Shown: positions 16,844 through 25,181 of the stretch, piece after piece
Position numbering within the stretch: the stretch's first letter is position 1
Layout of the letters: each line of letters starts with the position of its first letter
IMG/VR virus record: IMGVR_UViG_2534681703_000014
Coordinates: 1-45,442 of that record
DNA: 45,442 nt
From: a virus
Lineage: Duplodnaviria > Heunggongvirae > Uroviricota > Caudoviricetes
Strand: one strand, 5' to 3'
The notes under the pieces: model-generated
The model's database searches: none
Told to the model about the DNA's origin: nothing
What the model saw: only the letters and a program-made list of their open reading frames with translations
Position numbers and translations under genes: made by a program

Positions 16844-16920
16844 CCGCCACTAGCTCATCAGGAAAGAGCGTCAACCCTTTAAGTTGAGTGTGCGAGGTTC
16901 GAGTCCCCGGTGGCGGTCCA
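16844..16920 (+). tRNA. Atypical tRNA-like gene, apparent anticodon UUU (Lys) with C33 and U73
   Basis: Acceptor CCGCCAC/GTGGCGG, D-arm GCTC..GAGC, anticodon stem TCAAC/GTTGA with loop CCTTTAA, T-loop TTCGAGT with one stem mismatch, 3' TCCA. Confidence 0.5.
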
Positions 16921-16922
16921 GT

Positions 16923-16998
<76 letters not shown>

Positions 16999-17001
16999 TA
17001 T

Positions 17002-17076
<75 letters not shown>

Positions 17077-17441
17077 GCATTTGCAACAAGCCTTATTGTA
17101 TTGCGGCACTGGTGTATTTTTTATTACGTGGGAGCAGGTTGTTTTGAAAAAGCATTCTGTTCTCTGGCTATAATTTGAGGCCAGGTGTAGCCTCAGTGCT
17201 GATTTTTTTACGACAGCAGAATGGTGCATTATCGGTGGAGATTTTGTATTTCCTGGCAGGGTCGGTGATGCATCATTCTGGTGTTGTAAATCGCACCAAA
17301 GAGGCGCACCTAAGTGCGAGTGTGGTTTAAAGAGTCGGTTTAGCTGGAAATCACAGTATCCATACAGCACGGAATACTTCGGGAGGCGCCAGACGCCTCG
17401 GTTTAATAACAATTAAAAAATTCATCCCTTGCATTGACCAA

Positions 17442-17465
17442 CCGCCATATCTGGCGGTTTTTTTA
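17442..17465 (+). terminator. Rho-independent terminator in the tRNA-lysis spacer
   Basis: Hairpin CCGCCA-TATC-TGGCGG followed by TTTTTTT. Confidence 0.5.
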
Positions 17466-17832
17466 TTCCTTTCTCATGACGAAAAAAGACACGAGCATCC
17501 AGGAATACTCGTGGGACAACGTCCTTTGGATAGCAATTTGCGAGAGGGTGAAAAGTAGCGCGGTCGTCGGATTAAGACCGCGGGACAAAGTCCATGAAGA
17601 ATAATAAGTATTGGTCCCCTTCCGGGGACATGTTCATACTACTAAGATTCAGAAGTGGTTTAAATCCTCAAATTAACATTAATTTCCGATAAGTCTTATT
17701 TCATTTCTTTGCGCCACATCTGGCGCGCATCAAATAACGCCACGCAAAGGGCATCTGCGGATGCCGGTGCTTTTGACGGGGTGTTTTTTACGGGCCGCTG
17801 GTGGCCCTTTTTTATTTACAGGAGAAAAAAGT

Positions 17833-18225
17833 ATGTCTGAACCCTTATCCGGTTCCGGCACGGCTGCGGCGCTCGGCGGGGCGACGGTGTACGGGCTGTT
17901 TACCGGGACGGATTTCGGGATTGTGTTTGGTGCGTTCGCCGGTGCGTTATTTGTGGCAACGATGCCGCAGGCGCTTTCAGCCTGGCGTGTGGCGGCGCAT
18001 TTTCTGGTGTCGTTCATTATCGGCGTGCTGGGGGCAGAGGTTCTGGCGTCCTGGCTGGTAAAGCATACAGGGTTTGACGGTGCACCTGTCGACGCACTGT
18101 GTGCAGTGCTGGTGTCAGTGGTGTCGGTGAAGATTCTGTCGTTCATCCACCAGCAGGATATTGCATCACTGGTGTCCGGTGTGTTCTCCCGCCTGCGGGG
18201 CGGAGGAGGCGGCAATGTTAAGTAA
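17833..18225 (+). CDS. Putative holin (131 aa, multiple TM segments)
   Basis: ATG 17833 with AGGAGA SD; hydrophobic Gly/Ala-rich TM segments; first gene of the lysis cassette ahead of the endolysin. Confidence 0.55.
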   Translation: MSEPLSGSGTAAALGGATVYGLFTGTDFGIVFGAFAGALFVATMPQALSAWRVAAHFLVSFIIGVLGAEVLASWLVKHTGFDGAPVDALCAVLVSVVSVKILSFIHQQDIASLVSGVFSRLRGGGGGNVK

Positions 18226-18493
18226 CCTTCCCGGATTGCTGAATGTGGCGTTATGCACGGTTATCGTGCTGACGCTCTTTTTTTATCGTCGTCGTGACTC
18301 CAGACACAAACCGCTGATGTCATGGCTGGCCTGGCTGCTGATGCTGCTGTATGCCTTTGCGCCCCTCAGCTATCTGTGCGGTCGCCCGTTAGCGGCGAAC
18401 TGGCTGGCGGTGGGGCTTAATCTGCTGTTCTGCGTGTTGGTGATTCGCGCACGCGGGAACGTTTCAAAAATCTTTGTATTACGAAGGCGCTGA
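18215..18493 (+). CDS. Second lysis-cassette membrane protein (holin/antiholin-like, 92 aa)
   Basis: ATG 18215 with GGAGGAGG SD; about 3 TM segments; overlaps the previous gene 3' end and abuts the endolysin start. Confidence 0.45.
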   Translation: MLSNLPGLLNVALCTVIVLTLFFYRRRDSRHKPLMSWLAWLLMLLYAFAPLSYLCGRPLAANWLAVGLNLLFCVLVIRARGNVSKIFVLRRR

Positions 18494-18494
18494 T

Positions 18495-19040
18495 ATGAAG
18501 TCGAAAGATGAAATTTTTGACGAAGTTCTGGGAAAAGAGGGCGGTTATGTCAATCACCAGGATGATAAAGGCGGACCGACAAAATGGGGTATTACTGAAA
18601 AAGTTGCCCGTGCGCACGGATACCAGGGCGATATGCGTGATCTGACGCGCGGACAGGCGCTGGAAATACTCGAGGCGGACTACTGGTATGGACCACGTTT
18701 TGACCAGGTGGCAGCGTTATCCCCTGATATTGCCGCAGAGTTGTGTGATACGGGCGTCAACATGGGGCCAGCCGTGGCGTCAAAAATGCTTCAACGCTGG
18801 CTGAACGTTTTCAACCTGCGCGGGAAACTGTATCCGGATATGGATGCAGACGGACGTATCGGGCCGCGTACTCTTAATGCATTACGGGTATATCTGAAAA
18901 ATCGTGGCAGGGATGGAGAGCTGGTAATGCTGACCGCACTGAACTGTACGCAGGGTGACCGCTATCTGGAGCTGGCAGAGAAACGGGAGGCTAACGAGTC
19001 GTTTGTTTACGGCTGGATGAAAGAGCGCGTAGCAGTTTAA
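18495..19040 (+). CDS. Endolysin, glycoside hydrolase family 108-like with C-terminal peptidoglycan-binding region
   Basis: N-terminal EVLGKEGGYVNHQDDKGGPTKWGIT matches the GH108 signature as I recall it; 181 aa. Confidence 0.7.
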   Translation: MKSKDEIFDEVLGKEGGYVNHQDDKGGPTKWGITEKVARAHGYQGDMRDLTRGQALEILEADYWYGPRFDQVAALSPDIAAELCDTGVNMGPAVASKMLQRWLNVFNLRGKLYPDMDADGRIGPRTLNALRVYLKNRGRDGELVMLTALNCTQGDRYLELAEKREANESFVYGWMKERVAV

Positions 19041-19140
19041 AAACTGACACTGAAGTGCTGAACACCCTCAACTCATGCAGGCTCTTTTTTGGGGTTACGA
19101 TGAGCGAAGATAAGGGGGGGGCAGCATCAGATAGCAAAAA

Positions 19141-19169
19141 CCCCGGCTGCTGGAACAGTCCGGGGTTTT
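19141..19169 (+). terminator. Candidate terminator after endolysin
   Basis: Hairpin CCCCGG...CCGGGG followed by TTTT. Confidence 0.4.
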
Positions 19170-19541
19170 CTGTTTCTGACCCTGGGTAAGGCAAAGGAGA
19201 ACATGAGGAAGTATAAACTAATTCTGTTGAGGTTGACTATGAAAAACGGCCTTGAATTGAAAGCGCCCGTAACTGATGACATCAGCAGAGCGGTGGCTTT
19301 TGCCATTAAGTGGGTGGCTGTCGGTATCACTGTGTCTCCGATGCTGTATGGGATGGCAAAATTGATCATTGCTGTGAAATCGTAAGTGGGGCAGGGGTAA
19401 ATATGTCAGATAGCATTATAAAACTGGCGCGAATTCTCTGTGTGGTTGTTGGCCTTTCATTTTCAGCAATGTTGGTTGCCATTTTCATTTCCACCACCTG
19501 GCGAGTATTGAGCTTATCCGGATTGATTGGTGGATAGTGAG

Positions 19542-19724
19542 ATGAAGCGAAAACACTGGACACACAGAATGCCGCGAACGGCGGCGAAATGGGCACTGGT
19601 AGCGATACTGGTGCCTTTTTTATTGGTGGGATGCGTCAGCCTGGATAAGGCGCGCCAGCTTTTCGATACAGCTTCTCAGGTCTGCAAAATTGTCGACGGT
19701 GTCCGGCATTGTATGCAGAACTGA
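19542..19724 (+). CDS. Small putative lipoprotein (60 aa)
   Basis: Signal-peptide-like N-terminus ending in lipobox LLVGC; downstream of the lysis genes (possible spanin-like or exclusion lipoprotein, unassigned). Confidence 0.35.
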   Translation: MKRKHWTHRMPRTAAKWALVAILVPFLLVGCVSLDKARQLFDTASQVCKIVDGVRHCMQN

Positions 19725-19895
19725 TCGCCTGTAAGAGCAGAATATTTTGCTGAAAAATGAAGGATGCGTCAGCGTCCGGAAAGCATGAAATTCTGTGTTT
19801 GTGGCTACTCAATAAAATAAATTCTTTCTTTCGCCGCGAATACTCAAATGTTGATCAGTGCCCGGTGCGGCGACGGGCTTCGATATCAGGAGACG

Positions 19896-20246
19896 ATGAT
19901 GGAAACAACAGAAAACAAACCGATTGTAATTGGTGCCGCTACTGTCCCGTTTAAGTTTGAGTTGTCTCAACTGGTGGAGATGCGCATCAGTGATGAATGG
20001 GGTGAGGTTAAAGCTCGCGCGCAGTATGCGGATGGCGAAAACCAGTACTTGATCCACTACAAGGCTGCTGATGGTCGCGCCACAACGGCGTGGTTTGGTG
20101 AGTCAATGCTGGGAGCAACAGAAGATGATCGCCATCCGGGCTGTCCGGTATTTGCCGGTATGAAATTACCGGAAGGTGCAGTTGAACTGCAGCCGGGTGC
20201 GGTGTTCGTAATGACAGACATCATTGATGGTAAACCGCAGTATTAG
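19896..20246 (+). CDS. Hypothetical protein (116 aa)
   Basis: ATG 19896 with AGGAGA SD; no family recognised. Confidence 0.5.
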   Translation: MMETTENKPIVIGAATVPFKFELSQLVEMRISDEWGEVKARAQYADGENQYLIHYKAADGRATTAWFGESMLGATEDDRHPGCPVFAGMKLPEGAVELQPGAVFVMTDIIDGKPQY

Positions 20247-20873
20247 CGTATTGAAATGAATAGTAAGAGTGCTCGCCTGATTCGTGAGTAACAGGCATTA
20301 CAGCAGCCCTTCACTCTAAGGGGTTGCTGTAATGTGAGAAATAAAAAACCGGTCACAGGGAGCAGCTACACAGAAGCGGCCGGCGAAGACCGCCAATACC
20401 ACCCATGCATTGATGTAACATACTAATGACAATAGCCGCTATTGATGTAAATGCAATGTTATGCATCGACGAAAATAAAAAACCGGCAGGGGAAATCCAT
20501 TGAAGATTTGCCGGTGGCAAAAGAGGGCCATGTTTTTAACCTTAGTCGCAGAGTTACGGAGTGCAACTACGAATGCTGCCGGTATATGGCTGAATGGCGT
20601 TTCAATGATGTACGTCATCTTATCTGTAAATGTTAATGACAAACGCTCTCATTTGTGCGGGTCCTTCCGGTGGGGTGGCCTGCCACGGGGCGGGAGCGGC
20701 GCGGAAAAAGGCTAGTTTTTGCATTTTTATCGGCCACCATCATCTTTTCATCTTATTGATTATTAATGGTTATTTGTTTTTTGTATGTCTAATTGAGCGG
20801 TTTTTGTTCGACATCGAACGCGTTTTCTTAAAGTTGTTCGCACGATGCATGTTTAAAGCTCTCCGGAGGAAAT

Positions 20874-21365
20874 ATGGATCATGAGTTGAAAAACCTGGTG
20901 CTGAATATTAATCAACTGGCGGCTTTATCTGGTCTGCACCGCCAGACTGTCGTGGCAAGACTGAAAAACATTCGTCCCGCTGGTGGACATGACAAACTCA
21001 AGCTATACCGGTTGACCGATATTCTGACTGAATTTATGGGGTTACCACCGCCGGTTGCTGAGGGCGAAATGGATCCATATGAACGCAAAGCCTGGTATCA
21101 GTCTGAACGTGAGCGTCTTAAGTTCGAACAGGAAACGGCACAACTCATTCCGGCCAGTGATGTCAGACGGGAGTTTGCCATCTGGGCAAAAGCGGTCGTG
21201 CAGGTGCTGGAGACATTACCGGATATTCTTGAACGTGACTGCGGTCTGCAGCCTGCCGCTGTGAGCCGTGTTCAGTCCATTATTGATGATCTGCGCGATC
21301 AGATAGCCCTGCGGGTGACTGAAGCAGGTGCGGATGATGAGGAGGAATTACAGCAGGAGGAGTAA
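20874..21365 (+). CDS. Terminase small subunit (Nu1-like)
   Basis: N-terminal HTH-like NINQLAALSGLHRQTVVARLKN; GGAGG SD; directly upstream of and overlapping (TAATG) the large terminase. Confidence 0.65.
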   Translation: MDHELKNLVLNINQLAALSGLHRQTVVARLKNIRPAGGHDKLKLYRLTDILTEFMGLPPPVAEGEMDPYERKAWYQSERERLKFEQETAQLIPASDVRREFAIWAKAVVQVLETLPDILERDCGLQPAAVSRVQSIIDDLRDQIALRVTEAGADDEEELQQEE

Positions 21366-23467
21366 TGCTGAATCAGGAAACCGCAAAGGCAGCACGAACC
21401 GATTCAGGTTATATCCTTCGCGCACCGAGACGAATGCGGGTTGCTGATGCCGTTGCTCAGTATATGCGGGTGCCCATGGGGGCCGGGAACTCAGTCCCGT
21501 GGGATCCGCTGGTGGCACCGTATGTTATTGAGCCGATGAACTGCCTGGCCTCGCGTGAATACGACGCAGTGATATTTGTTGGCCCGGCACGAACCGGCAA
21601 GACTATCGGCCTGATTGACGGCTGGGTGATTTACAACGTGATTTGCGATCCTGCTGATATGCTGATCATTCAGATGACGGAGGAAAAAGCCCGCGAACAC
21701 TCCAAAAAACGACTCGCCAGAACGTTTCGCGTCAGCCCGGAAGTGGTCAGTCGCCTGAGTCCGAACAAAAATGACAACAACGTTTATGACAGAACATTCC
21801 TTGCTGGCAACTACCTGAAAATCGGCTGGCCGTCAGTCAATATCATGTCCTCATCAGATTATAAATGTGTGGCGCTGACGGATTATGACCGTTTTCCGGA
21901 AGATATTGATGGTGAGGGGGATGCCTTCTCTCTTGCTTCAAAACGTACCACCACATTTATGTCCAGTGGTATGACGTTGGTGGAGAGTTCCCCCGGCAGG
22001 GATGTGAAGGATGTGAAATGGCGACGGACTTCACCGCATGAGGCTCCACCAACCACGGGGATCCTGTCGCTCTATAACCGTGGTGATCGCCGTCGCTGGT
22101 ACTGGCCCTGCCCACACTGTGGTGAGTATTTTCAGCCCTGTGGCGATGTGGTTGCTGGTTTTCGTGATATTGCCGATCCCGTGCTGGCAAGTGAGGCAGC
22201 TTATATTCAGTGCCCTTCCTGTTCCGGGCGAATTATGCCTGACCAGAAACGCGAGCTGAACGGACGTGGGGTCTGGTTGCGGGATGGTGAATCCATCAAT
22301 GCAGACGACAGTCGTTATGGTGAGCCCCGGCGCTCACGTATTGCGTCATTCTGGATGGAAGGCCCCGCTGCGGCATATCAGACGCTGTCCCAGCTGGTCT
22401 ATAAGTTGCTGACCGCCGAACAGGAATACGAGTCGACCGGAAGCGAAGAAACGCTCAAGACAGTCATCAACACCGACTGGGGATTACCTTATCTTCCCCG
22501 GGCCAGCATGGAGCAACGAAAAAGCGAACTGCTTGAGCAGCGGGCAGAGCCTGTTCCTCCCCGAAGTGTGCCGGATGGCGTTAATTTCCTTGTGGCGACA
22601 GTGGATGTGCAGGCGGGACGTCATCGCCGTTTTGTGGTTCAGGTAACGGGCTATGGCAGTCGTGGCGAACGCTGGATAGTTGATCGTTACAACATCACGC
22701 AGTCGCTGCGTTGTGACAATAACGGGGAAAGCCTGCGTATTGACCCTGCCGGTTATCCGGAGGACTGGGATGTTCTGCTGACGGATGTTTTTCATAAAGG
22801 CTGGCCGCTGGCTTCTGACTCCTCTCAGCGCATGCGGGTAATGGCAATGGCGGTGGACTCCGGCGGTGAAGATGGGGTTACCGATAATGCCTATAAATTC
22901 TGGCGTCGTTGTCGTCTTGATGGTCTTGGCAAGCGTATTTACCTGTTTAAGGGCGACAGTATCCGTCGCGCAAAACTGATAACCCGTACATTTCCGGATA
23001 ACACCGGACGAACGGGGCGACGGGCGCAGGCTTCGGGTGATGTTCCACTCTGGCTCCTTCAGACGGATGCCCTGAAAGACCGGGTGAATAACGCGTTATG
23101 GCGTGACTCGCCAGGTCCCGGCTATGTGCATTTTCCTGACTGGCTGGGGAGCTGGTTTTACGACGAACTGACGTATGAAGAGCGGAGCAGTGACGGAAAG
23201 TGGAGCAAGCCGGGTCGCGGTGCCAACGAAGCCTTTGACCTGATGGTGTATGCCGAGGCGCTGGTTATTCTGCATGGGTACGAGAAAATTCAGTGGCCGG
23301 ATGCGCCGGAATGGGCATGCAGGGAAACCTGGCTGGAATACGTCAGTGACAACGCTGAGCAGGCTGTTCTGCCGGAACCAGTCTCTCTGCCTGCCAGAAA
23401 AAAGAAACGAAAAAAAGTGACGCCCGATGAGGATAACCCCTGGGTGACTTCCGGAGGATGGTTATGA
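21365..23467 (+). CDS. Terminase large subunit (GpA-like, 700 aa)
   Basis: Walker A-like FVGPARTGKT near the N-terminus; size and position typical of lambda gpA. Confidence 0.85.
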   Translation: MLNQETAKAARTDSGYILRAPRRMRVADAVAQYMRVPMGAGNSVPWDPLVAPYVIEPMNCLASREYDAVIFVGPARTGKTIGLIDGWVIYNVICDPADMLIIQMTEEKAREHSKKRLARTFRVSPEVVSRLSPNKNDNNVYDRTFLAGNYLKIGWPSVNIMSSSDYKCVALTDYDRFPEDIDGEGDAFSLASKRTTTFMSSGMTLVESSPGRDVKDVKWRRTSPHEAPPTTGILSLYNRGDRRRWYWPCPHCGEYFQPCGDVVAGFRDIADPVLASEAAYIQCPSCSGRIMPDQKRELNGRGVWLRDGESINADDSRYGEPRRSRIASFWMEGPAAAYQTLSQLVYKLLTAEQEYESTGSEETLKTVINTDWGLPYLPRASMEQRKSELLEQRAEPVPPRSVPDGVNFLVATVDVQAGRHRRFVVQVTGYGSRGERWIVDRYNITQSLRCDNNGESLRIDPAGYPEDWDVLLTDVFHKGWPLASDSSQRMRVMAMAVDSGGEDGVTDNAYKFWRRCRLDGLGKRIYLFKGDSIRRAKLITRTFPDNTGRTGRRAQASGDVPLWLLQTDALKDRVNNALWRDSPGPGYVHFPDWLGSWFYDELTYEERSSDGKWSKPGRGANEAFDLMVYAEALVILHGYEKIQWPDAPEWACRETWLEYVSDNAEQAVLPEPVSLPARKKKRKKVTPDEDNPWVTSGGWL

Positions 23468-23676
23468 ATCAGAATGATATTGAAGCCATGATCCAGCGTT
23501 ATATCGATGCGGAAATGGCAGTGCTGGACGGAAAATCCGTCACCTTTAATGGTCAGCAGATGACCATGGAAAATCTGTCCGAGATCCGACGGGGGCGTCA
23601 GGAGTGGGAGCGGCGTCTTGCTGCCCTGACTGCGCGGCGACGGGGGAATCCGGGATATAAACTGGTGAGGTTCTGA
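23464..23676 (+). CDS. Head-tail joining protein (gpW-like)
   Basis: About 70 aa; C-terminus ...RRRGNPGYKLVRF resembles lambda W ...RRRGPAGFYV; ATGA overlap with terminase stop. Confidence 0.6.
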   Translation: MNQNDIEAMIQRYIDAEMAVLDGKSVTFNGQQMTMENLSEIRRGRQEWERRLAALTARRRGNPGYKLVRF

Positions 23677-25181
23677 TGGCAATTCTGGATGATGTGATTG
23701 GTGTTTTTTCTCCAGGCTGGAAAGCTGCGAGGTTGCGATCAAGAGCGTTAATCCGCGCTTATGAGGCCGTGAAACCCACACGCACACACAAAGCCCGACG
23801 GGAAAACCGTTCTGCCGACCAGCTCAGTAAGTACGGGGCGGTTTCCCTGCGGGAGCAGGCCCGTTTTCTGGATATCAATCATGACCTCGTAATCGGCGTT
23901 TTCGACAAGCTTGAGGAGCGGGTGATTGGTGCAAAAGGGATTATTGTTGAACCCCAGCCATTACTGAAAAACGGTGGTGTGGCTACAGAGCTGGCAATGA
24001 TTATCCGTCGTTTGTGGGCGGAATGGTCTGTCAGTCCGGATGTGACCAGACAGCATACGCGCCCCATGCTCGAACGTCTGCTGTTGCGTACCTGGTTACG
24101 TGATGGCGAAGTTTTTGCCCAGATGGTCAGAGGCGCAGGTGCCGGGCTGGCGCGGACTGCCGGTGTGCCTTTCTGGCTCGAGGCTATGGAGCCGGATTTT
24201 GTGCCCATGCTCAGTGATGAGTCTGCGGGAATGAATCAGGGGGTTTTTCTGGATGAGTGGGGCAGACCGAAAAAATACCTTGTTTATAAAAATTATCCGG
24301 TTACCGGACGGCAGAGTGATACCAAAGAGATTGCAGCTGAAAATATGGTGCATCTGAAGTTTACCCGCCGGCTGCACCAGACGCGTGGTACATCCATGTT
24401 GTCGGGTGTGCTGATGCGGATCAGTGCACTTAAGGAGTACGAGGATTCTGAGTTGGTTGCAGCGCGTGTTGCTGCGGCTCTGGGGTTATATATTCGTAAA
24501 GGAGATGGACAGGATTATGAAGATGTTGTGACAAATAAAGATAATGACCGGGAGTTGCATATCACTCCCGGCATTATTTATGACGATCTTCGTAAGGGGG
24601 AAGATATTGGCATGGTCAAATCTGACAGGCCTAACCCTAACCTGGAAACTTTTCGTAATGGTCAGTTGCGGGCTATGGCGGCGGGCACACGTCTGAGTTT
24701 TTCCAGTACAGCACGTAACTATAACGGTACCTACAGCGCCCAGCGACAGGAACTGGTTGAGTCCACCGATGGCTATCTGATCCTGCAGGACTGTTTTATT
24801 GGTGGCGTAACCCGTCCGGTGTACCGGGCATGGCTGAATATGGTGGTCGCCGCGGGGTTACTGAAAATTCCGTCGGATGTGGATATGAAAACGTTATATA
24901 ACGCAACATATTCTGGCCCGGTGATGCCGTGGATCGACCCGGTCAAGGAGGCTGAAGCCTGGAAAATTCAGATCCGGGGTGGTGCGGCGACAGAATCAGA
25001 CTGGGTGCGCGCCAGTGGTCGTAATCCGGATGACGTCAAACGTCGGCGTAAGGCTGAGATTGATGAAAACCGCAGGCTGGAACTGGTATTTGATACCGAT
25101 CCGGCAAGTGATAAAGGAGGTGGTAATGCTGAAACAGAACGCGTGGTTCCGCGGCGAACCGAAGGCCAGCCTGAAGAATAA
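23676..25181 (+). CDS. Portal protein (lambda gpB-like, 501 aa)
   Basis: Size and position between W and the head protease; ATGA-type overlap with W. Confidence 0.8.
   Translation: MAILDDVIGVFSPGWKAARLRSRALIRAYEAVKPTRTHKARRENRSADQLSKYGAVSLREQARFLDINHDLVIGVFDKLEERVIGAKGIIVEPQPLLKNGGVATELAMIIRRLWAEWSVSPDVTRQHTRPMLERLLLRTWLRDGEVFAQMVRGAGAGLARTAGVPFWLEAMEPDFVPMLSDESAGMNQGVFLDEWGRPKKYLVYKNYPVTGRQSDTKEIAAENMVHLKFTRRLHQTRGTSMLSGVLMRISALKEYEDSELVAARVAAALGLYIRKGDGQDYEDVVTNKDNDRELHITPGIIYDDLRKGEDIGMVKSDRPNPNLETFRNGQLRAMAAGTRLSFSSTARNYNGTYSAQRQELVESTDGYLILQDCFIGGVTRPVYRAWLNMVVAAGLLKIPSDVDMKTLYNATYSGPVMPWIDPVKEAEAWKIQIRGGAATESDWVRASGRNPDDVKRRRKAEIDENRRLELVFDTDPASDKGGGNAETERVVPRRTEGQPEE

Noticed and set aside
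24979-25125. Upstream extension of the protease-capsid ORF (track start 24979)
   Set aside because: It overlaps the portal 3' end in another frame and lacks an SD; ATG 25126 has a strong AAAGGAGGTGG SD and gives a protein beginning at the protease domain.
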